A stretch of 64,000 nt of DNA from a virus. This document shows, one piece after another, positions 57,898 through 64,000 of the stretch. The stretch covers positions 1 through 64,000 of the IMG/VR virus record IMGVR_UViG_3300033064_003894, one strand, 5' to 3'. Position numbers and translations under genes: made by a program. The notes beneath the pieces were generated by a model. That model did not search any database. It saw only the letters and a list, made by a program, of their open reading frames with translations, and had not been told where the DNA came from. How positions within the stretch are numbered: position 1 is the stretch's first letter; every line of letters begins with the position of its first letter.

Positions 57898-58554
57898 TTG
57901 AAAAACCTTATAGAAAAATTAGGCAGGTGCAGAAGGTGCCAGGCACTAGCGATTGATGGCCAGACAGCCTGCTCTGATTGTGCCAAAAATAAAAGAGCTG
58001 AAATGAAGTCTCTTAATAAAGAAAGAAAAGAAAATGGATTATGCACTTCATGTGGGGGCATTATAAACTCTTATTTCATTACATGTAAAAAATGCAGAGA
58101 TAAAAGCTTACAATGGAGGAGATCAAGAATCGCCAAAGGACTTTGCTATACTTGTGTGAAAAACACTCCAGTATACTGTAAAAGGCAATGTTCTTCTTGT
58201 ATCGAATCTAGAATCAGTAAAGAGTTAACTCCATCTGGTAGATATAGGAAAGCCGTAACTCAAGCAAAAGTTCGTGCAAAAAGTAGGAATATTTTGTTTG
58301 AAAATGAGATAATTTTATTTTTTACAAATAATCCACCGATGTATTGTCTTTGTTGTTGAGTTGAGTTTGATTTTTCTCTTGGTAATGGAGGCTCTAATAA
58401 AAATAAAAGCCCTTCTCTTGATAGAGTAGATAATTCTAAAGGATATACCGTAGATAATGTAAAGGCTATTTGTTTTAAGTGCAATACAAGAAAAAATAAT
58501 ATGTCTATAAAAGACGTTGAAGATCTCTTGAATTATATGAAACTTAATACATAA
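57898..58554 (+). pseudogene. Cys-rich HNH endonuclease interrupted by in-frame TGA at 58357-58359
   Basis: Frame continues after TGA as VEFD...SPSLDRVDNSKGYTVDNVKAICFKCNTRKNN...TAA 58554. Confidence 0.75.
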
Positions 58555-58618
58555 GTCTGATTGGCGCATATTAAATATTTACGGTAAAATAATCTTGTAA
58601 ACCAAACCAAAAATAAAA

Positions 58619-59497
58619 ATGTTTCGATTAGCTTCTAAAATAATAGACTGGGTTGACGAGGGGAACATACCTCTTTCTTCCGTCGCATTCCCACATAGCT
58701 TTGACGAATATGCGTTAATAATTGAAGATGAGGATGGTGTTATAGGCCGTAAGTTTCCAGTTAATAACAAGCAGAATCTAGTCAAGTCACTTGACAGCTT
58801 CTCTAAATACGCAAGCAGGCTTCTCCCTCTACATAGAAGAACGGCGGCACATTATATACACCAGGAGTGCTCAAGATACGAAATGCCTACAACAGATGTA
58901 GTAAATAAATATAATGATCCGGAAATTAATTCTAGGATGGTCTCATATAAAGAGGCATATGTTGACTATCAGCCAGAGATGTTTAAAAAGTACGCTAGCA
59001 GCCTAATATCAAATAATAATGAAACATCAGCTCCTTCTGAATATGTAGTTGACTCCAACTTTTTAAAACAGGCTTATTATGATTTTAAGGACATTCTTCT
59101 TGAATCTGGACTAATAAAAACTGCTAACGATCCTGAGCTTTCTGTAATTAAATCAGAGCTTTCAGATGACATAACAAATGAAGTTCTTCATAAGATAGCA
59201 GAATATATATATAACAAAGTATCTCCTACACTATTTGAAAAAACTAAGTATTTCTATAAAACTACATATCCAAAACATGTAATAGAAAAAACTGCTTCCA
59301 AAGTAGACCAACGCATATTAGAATACATTGAAGACAATGCACACAAGCTTCATGGATATTTTGATAACGCATTTATACATAAGCTAGCAAATGATGCAGA
59401 AGTTGTTTTATCTGACACACCAGATAAAGTTTGCTTAAAAATAGTGGAGATACTAAATGGACAACCAAAGTGGAAAGGCTCTCGTAAGTCTAGTTAA
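58619..59497 (+). CDS. probable head-associated protein with repeated KxA(S) motifs
   Basis: RLAS, KYAS x2, KEA, KQA, KTAN, KIAE, KTAS, KLAN; in operon with portal. Confidence 0.55.
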   Translation: MFRLASKIIDWVDEGNIPLSSVAFPHSFDEYALIIEDEDGVIGRKFPVNNKQNLVKSLDSFSKYASRLLPLHRRTAAHYIHQECSRYEMPTTDVVNKYNDPEINSRMVSYKEAYVDYQPEMFKKYASSLISNNNETSAPSEYVVDSNFLKQAYYDFKDILLESGLIKTANDPELSVIKSELSDDITNEVLHKIAEYIYNKVSPTLFEKTKYFYKTTYPKHVIEKTASKVDQRILEYIEDNAHKLHGYFDNAFIHKLANDAEVVLSDTPDKVCLKIVEILNGQPKWKGSRKSS

Positions 59498-60293
59498 GTA
59501 TGGATTCGATCCTGAAGACTCAGATCTTCATTCTGCCCTAATAGGTGATGAGGATTCTGGGACAATTGTCGGCTCTGTTCCTATAGTATCAAAAACAAAT
59601 ATAGACGAGATTATGGACATCTCTAAGTCTCCAACTTCTGGAGACTTGTTTCTTCAAGAAAATGATTCTACAATAGATCAGGACGAAGAAGAAATAGACA
59701 CTTTAGAGGAGCTTTCAGGAGCACAACAGTCTGACATTTATAAGTTTTTGAAGTCACATTATGGAGACTCTTTCATAAGGTGGGAGCCAGAAACTTTAAG
59801 GGTGGTCTTGGCTGACGATCTTAATTCTACAGATATACCAGACAATGTTTGGGAGACTATCTTGGCAATAAAAACAGCCGCTGTAGGAGTATCTTGGGAT
59901 AACTATATCGCATTTGAAAAGTCATCCTTGGCAATATCTGGTATGCCAGTGGACCCAGGATCTATACAATATGTATCACCTAAGCAAATGTACAGAATGT
60001 ATACTTTTATGAAGGAGATAGATCCTGGACAGACATTCAGTGATGAAGTACTTAGGTATATAGCAGCACGATTATTTTCTGACAATCTTGTTTACTCAAT
60101 AGGAGCATTCCCTGATGATGTTCAAACACATATAGAGAGTCTTGGAGTGTCAAGAGATTTAGTTACAAAGGTTTCAGAGAAATTGCACTCTTTTGGTGAC
60201 CTTTCTAGAGATAGCATTCCTTCATTCATTGGTGAATTATCAGAGAATGCTGTTGATATACAAATAGCCAGGTATCTTGATATGATCTCATGA
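59457..60293 (+). CDS. acidic protein upstream of portal (head morphogenesis candidate)
   Basis: WEPETL motif; co-transcribed with portal. Confidence 0.55.
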   Translation: MDNQSGKALVSLVKYGFDPEDSDLHSALIGDEDSGTIVGSVPIVSKTNIDEIMDISKSPTSGDLFLQENDSTIDQDEEEIDTLEELSGAQQSDIYKFLKSHYGDSFIRWEPETLRVVLADDLNSTDIPDNVWETILAIKTAAVGVSWDNYIAFEKSSLAISGMPVDPGSIQYVSPKQMYRMYTFMKEIDPGQTFSDEVLRYIAARLFSDNLVYSIGAFPDDVQTHIESLGVSRDLVTKVSEKLHSFGDLSRDSIPSFIGELSENAVDIQIARYLDMIS

Positions 60294-60511
60294 TAACACC
60301 AATAATAATAGACAAAAAAGATATCCTACCTCAAAAGTCTAAGGAGTATCTTTATGACCACTCTATTAGCACTCTAGGAGGGATTGAGCGTAACAAACCT
60401 GTAAAGTTTTGGTTAAGTCAGGCCCTTAAAATATTAAAGATAAGGGCAAAGCCTGCAAAGAGAATATTGTCTAATATTGGGGAAGCGTATGAAGAAGAGA
60501 ATAAAAAATAA
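60290..60511 (+). CDS. small hypothetical protein
   Basis: ATGA and TAATG couplings. Confidence 0.6.
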   Translation: MITPIIIDKKDILPQKSKEYLYDHSISTLGGIERNKPVKFWLSQALKILKIRAKPAKRILSNIGEAYEEENKK

Positions 60512-62295
60512 TGTCAATAAATTCTAATGACCTAGTGTTTGGCAAGTCAAGAGGGGGATATTATCAGTCTCCTTATTATGATATAGCAAGAACGTATCTT
60601 CCAAAGAACATGGAAGACCTAATTCGTTGGTGCAGATATTATTTTGAGAACAACCCAATTATTCACCAGGCCATTAGGCGTATGTCTTCATATCCAGTAA
60701 CTGACATTATGTTGTCAGATGAAATATCAAAAACTGCAAAAGGCAGAGCAGAAGACCTAGTCTCTCAGCTAAAGCTTAGAGACCATTCAATAGATATAGC
60801 AATACAATATTTTACATTTGGCAATGCATTTTCTTCTGTTTCTCACCCATTTCTAAGATACTACAAGTGCTTAAAGTGCACAAAAGAAAACTCACAGGCG
60901 ATGATTTTGCAGACGAGGGGATACAAGAAGTCTATATTTAAAATAAGAACAGTCAGCGGTAAACAGATTATAACACTAGACAGGTGTCATTTCTGCAGAG
61001 AGACTAATGTACCAGTAGATATAATAGATAAACCAGTTAGCGATATTAGTAAGATTAAGATTATCTTGTGGGATCCATCTTATATTCGTATTGACTACAA
61101 TGAGGTATCTGGGGAGAGAAATTACAGATACATACTCCCAGAATCTTCACGTAAATCTATACTTGATGGATTGACGTTTCCTATAACTACTTCACCTAAA
61201 ATATTCATTGATGCGGCACTTCAAGATAAAGACATTATAATAGAGAAGTCGTCATTCTTCCATTTCGCCAGAAACACTGTTTGTTCATCTAACGGATGGG
61301 GAATACCAATAATTCAGCCAGTATTAAGAGAACTGTTCTATATGCAGGTTCTTAAGAAAGCTAGCGAGGCTATTGCTATGCAGCACGTTACGCCTTTGAC
61401 AATATTGTTCCCTGGAGACTCTGGCGGTTCTAATGTATACCAAACACTTGACTTGGGAAACTGGTCAAAGAATGTTGAGGATCAAATTAAGAAGTGGAGG
61501 AGAGATCCTAACCACATGCCAATAATGCCATCACCAGTAGGAGTTGAGTATGTTGGTGGACAGTATAGAACACTTGATCCTCACCCACTAATTGAGCAAT
61601 CAGCTAGTGACATATCTGTAGGCATGGGTGTACCTAAAGAGTTTCTTTATGGAGGGACGTCATTCTCTGGAGCGTCAATTGCTTTGAGAATGCTGGAGAA
61701 TGATTTCATTAACTTAAGGACCTCTCTACTTGAGTACATGAATGAATTCTTAATACCTAGAATTTCAAAGATAGCAAACGTTTCCACTTTCACTCTTAAG
61801 TTTGGAAACATGAGGACTGCTGACGATATTCAAATAAAAGAAACTCTGCTTAGGCTTGCACAGCATGGGTTGATATCAAAAACTACAGTTCTTGCAGAAC
61901 TTGGATTTGATTACGCTAAAGAAACCGATAACATGCTATCAGAGCAGAAAGACCTAGCAAATCTTCAATCTACAATTACATCTGACGAGGGCGGAATTCC
62001 TACAACGCTTTCTAATATTAATGTACCGTTTGGTGACGGATCAATGATGATAGGACAAGTTGGAGAAGAGGCTATATCTGTTATATCTAAGATTATATCT
62101 ACAGCTGACCCTCTAATAGGAACTCAGATACTAGAATATATGCAGTCAATATCTCCAAACGTTCACGGCGCAGTTTCATCCTTTATAGCAAACAATTCAA
62201 GATCTTCTGTCCCTAAAGAAGATAAAGAAGGAGGAACAGACATGAGGCCAACACCAAGTCAGAAACCACCTAGACGTACTAAGTCAACAATATAA
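60511..62295 (+). CDS. phage portal protein with zinc-ribbon insertion
   Basis: YY..NPII..AI, YFTFGNAF, WDP..I, FFHF, GWGIP.I, GMGVP.EFL.GG.SFSGA; CLKC...CHFC insert. Confidence 0.75.
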   Translation: MSINSNDLVFGKSRGGYYQSPYYDIARTYLPKNMEDLIRWCRYYFENNPIIHQAIRRMSSYPVTDIMLSDEISKTAKGRAEDLVSQLKLRDHSIDIAIQYFTFGNAFSSVSHPFLRYYKCLKCTKENSQAMILQTRGYKKSIFKIRTVSGKQIITLDRCHFCRETNVPVDIIDKPVSDISKIKIILWDPSYIRIDYNEVSGERNYRYILPESSRKSILDGLTFPITTSPKIFIDAALQDKDIIIEKSSFFHFARNTVCSSNGWGIPIIQPVLRELFYMQVLKKASEAIAMQHVTPLTILFPGDSGGSNVYQTLDLGNWSKNVEDQIKKWRRDPNHMPIMPSPVGVEYVGGQYRTLDPHPLIEQSASDISVGMGVPKEFLYGGTSFSGASIALRMLENDFINLRTSLLEYMNEFLIPRISKIANVSTFTLKFGNMRTADDIQIKETLLRLAQHGLISKTTVLAELGFDYAKETDNMLSEQKDLANLQSTITSDEGGIPTTLSNINVPFGDGSMMIGQVGEEAISVISKIISTADPLIGTQILEYMQSISPNVHGAVSSFIANNSRSSVPKEDKEGGTDMRPTPSQKPPRRTKSTI

Positions 62296-62663
62296 TGTCA
62301 AACATATTCTTCGCTGGAGAAACAGTACCTAGAACACTTGAAACTAAAAATCACGCTGAGTCTCTTGATAAATCAATAAACCCTGACGATATAATAGCAA
62401 AGGCTGCTGAGGATAATAAGGGTAAAAGAGCTATAGCCTCTGAAGAAGTTAAGGCTCCTGAAGAAATGAGACCTTCATATTTGAAGTATCACTTTTTTGA
62501 GCTACCTAAAGACTCCGTTGAATACGAAACCGTTTGTAAGAAGATCTCTGAAAAAAAATATTCATTTGCTAAGGAAATAGTCAGGGATGTTAACGATGAC
62601 ATTGGTTCAATCGCTATTCATTTGTTCCTTACAGAGACTAGGATTGCGAGTAGTATTCATTAA
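62295..62663 (+). CDS. hypothetical protein downstream of portal
   Basis: TAATG coupling. Confidence 0.65.
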   Translation: MSNIFFAGETVPRTLETKNHAESLDKSINPDDIIAKAAEDNKGKRAIASEEVKAPEEMRPSYLKYHFFELPKDSVEYETVCKKISEKKYSFAKEIVRDVNDDIGSIAIHLFLTETRIASSIH

Positions 62664-62784
62664 TAGTTTCTTCTCTAATCTCTTCTACTAATTTATCTCG
62701 TTCGCTTATTTCTTCTTCAATTTCTTGGCCAGACATGTCATTAGCTACTTCTATAAAGCAAAAGTGCCCATCTTTTTCGTCCAT
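62638..62784 (-). CDS. 48-aa acidic protein (MDEKDGHFCF...)
   Basis: Manually translated; GGTATAAA 5 nt before ATG. Confidence 0.55.
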   Translation of the reverse strand: MDEKDGHFCFIEVANDMSGQEIEEEISERDKLVEEIREETINEYYSQS

Positions 62785-62816
62785 AACTGTTTATACCATT
62801 TTTTTAAAAAAAGTAT

Positions 62817-62844
62817 TTGACAAACAGTTTGTAGTCATTAGAAT
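62817..62844 (+). promoter_or_regulatory. sigma70-type promoter
   Basis: TTGACA (62817-62822), 16 nt spacer, TAGAAT (62839-62844); A/T tract upstream. Confidence 0.7.
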
Positions 62845-62846
62845 TT

Positions 62847-63010
62847 CCGCGTCCAACTAAGGTTGGAGGGGAGACCCGAGACGATTCGGGGCAAGTTAAT
62901 ACTTGGATGGACGGGGGGAAACACCTCAGCTATACAGGCATACGTTTAACAATTAGAGGTTCCCGAAACCTCCAAAACAACGGCGTTACTGAACGAACAA
63001 TCTGGACATT
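62847..63010 (+). ncRNA. candidate structured ncRNA, unassigned family
   Basis: Follows promoter; locally GC-rich; hairpins TCCAAC/GTTGGA, GGG-GAGA-CCC or CCCGA/TCGGG, CAAGT/ACTTG, GAGGTT/AACCTC; no ORF. Confidence 0.45.
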
Positions 63011-63488
63011 TTAAATAGAAGATCAACAAATCAAGTGGTGGAAATTCTAAATTCAGGAGCATGCCCTGAACACGTTGTTCTATTCATTCAACATATTTTA
63101 CTATATAATTGCCATATCATCACAGATACAGAGATTTCCTTATTCTGCAGAGAGCAGCGCAACATATGCACCAGCATCGCCTCAGACATGCCTGTATTCA
63201 CTTGTGCGGCTACATAATATGAAAAGTGGCATCTCACTCACCTTTTGTATGAAAATCGATTACAGGGCATTACAGACGCGTTTAAGCGAATGTGCCATTT
63301 TTCGGCCCGTAAATTATATGCTAGTCTTTCTATCGAAGGTCTCTCGCACGCGTAAGAGCTGCACGCGCTCGCGTAAGAGTTAACTGTTAATTGTATGCTT
63401 GGTAGCTAGGTAGGAAACCCTCCTCTATCCTCCCCCCTATAGTCCCCCCTCCTTCCTCCTCCCTTTAATCCGCATGCACCATATTTTT

Positions 63489-63522
63489 AAAAATAAAAAT
63501 GGAACACCCGTGTGGATGTTCC
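63489..63522 (-). terminator. terminator for 63543..63812
   Basis: GGAACA...TGTTCC stem followed by ATTTTTATTTT on minus strand. Confidence 0.6.
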
Positions 63523-63542
63523 AAGCCCGATAGGCATTTGGC

Positions 63543-63812
63543 TTAGCCTTCGTCTTCGTCGTCCGGGCTCTTCGGGCTACTCGTCCGAGCTTTCTTGTCG
63601 GCAGCGCTCTTGCGGTTGAACAGGCGCGAGCCTCTCACTCCGTCGATTGCGTAGCCGCCTCCGGCGACGATCGCAGTTCCGATGGCAACGGCGACACCAA
63701 CGGCGACGCCGAGTCTCAATCCGGTGAGCAGGGTGTTTCCAATCCCGCCAGTCGCCAATCCGGATTCGGAAACGACAGCCGAGGGTTCGGTGGGAAGTTC
63801 GATTTCGTTCAC
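63543..63812 (-). CDS. small single-TM protein, GC-rich
   Basis: AAGGAG SD, GTG start, GVAVGVAVAIGTAIVAGGG; promoter motif at 63879-63886. Confidence 0.7.
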   Translation of the reverse strand: MNEIELPTEPSAVVSESGLATGGIGNTLLTGLRLGVAVGVAVAIGTAIVAGGGYAIDGVRGSRLFNRKSAADKKARTSSPKSPDDEDEG

Positions 63813-64000
63813 AGGTCTTTCTCCTTAATTTCGAGTTCTCAGTAGTGCGAAACTTTGTTATGGTTTCACTTACAAGATTTTATACCACTCAATGTTAATA
63901 AATTGACTAGTTTTAGGCCTTGAAAAGGACTGGAATGATGATAAGATATTGTTATGAAAAGAGTAGTAACTAACGGCGTCAGAAGGGTCGTTGAGAGCTC

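Larger units (their letters stand above)
4404..63886. promoter_or_regulatory. recurrent promoter motif GG(T/G/C)ATAA(A/T/C), 20 copies
   Basis: Minus strand at 4404, 5021, 5363, 5725, 6075, 7528, 9636, 15002, 15338, 18250, 20026, 28808, 31207, 31693, 51430, 62790, 63879; plus strand at 28836, 45386, 46446 (left coordinate of each 8-mer). Confidence 0.75.

Noticed and set aside
58357-58420. Selenocysteine at the in-frame TGA
   Set aside because: Position follows a complete CxxC where Gly is typical; no convincing SECIS hairpin downstream
62868-62912. Resemblance to 5S rRNA fragments (GGGAGACC, ACTTGGATGG)
   Set aside because: Segments are in the wrong order and the 5S helices cannot be built
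63035-63383. ORFs 63035..63217 and 63075..63383
   Set aside because: No SD or promoter geometry, atypical composition, and they run into the repeat tract; not supportable as genes
1-64000. Genome-wide stop-codon reassignment (TGA=Gly/Trp or TAG=Gln)
   Set aside because: Very long ORFs are intact in code 11, and many genes end in ATGA overlaps (614, 24545, 36179, 40119, 49067, 60293); only one in-frame TGA was seen

Overview
This window looks like a 64-kb segment of a large (jumbo-type) tailed dsDNA phage genome, read in the standard bacterial code. It is AT-rich overall (roughly 35-40% GC by eye). Blocks of virion/late genes are interleaved, usually on the opposite strand, with blocks of small non-structural genes. 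The virion genes include a portal, several 700-1600 aa proteins with CBM-like or LamG domains, a tail-collar-like protein, a beta-helix and glycoside-hydrolase-like spikes, and basic Gly-zipper proteins. The non-structural genes include a DEDD exonuclease, HAD and Cys-dependent phosphatases, HTH proteins, a Sak4/AAA_24 ATPase, a MoxR-vWA pair, an i-type lysozyme and tRNA-Arg(UCU). Highlights: (1) a GC-rich island at ~430-2817 that carries a clear Tad1-family immune-signal sponge among cassette-like small genes with shared ends; (2) a GG(T/G/C)ATAA(A/T/C) promoter motif found 20 times, either 5-6 nt before an ATG (leaderless) or before an SD-led leader; (3) convergent early/late gene pairs that overlap at their stop codons with no terminator; (4) a candidate structured ncRNA under a near-consensus sigma70 promoter just downstream of the portal operon; (5) a duplicated two-gene adaptor module with and without enzymatic cargo; (6) a glycosyltransferase inside a virion operon; (7) an HNH nuclease broken by one in-frame TGA. 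All family calls come from motif recognition by eye, not database searches.
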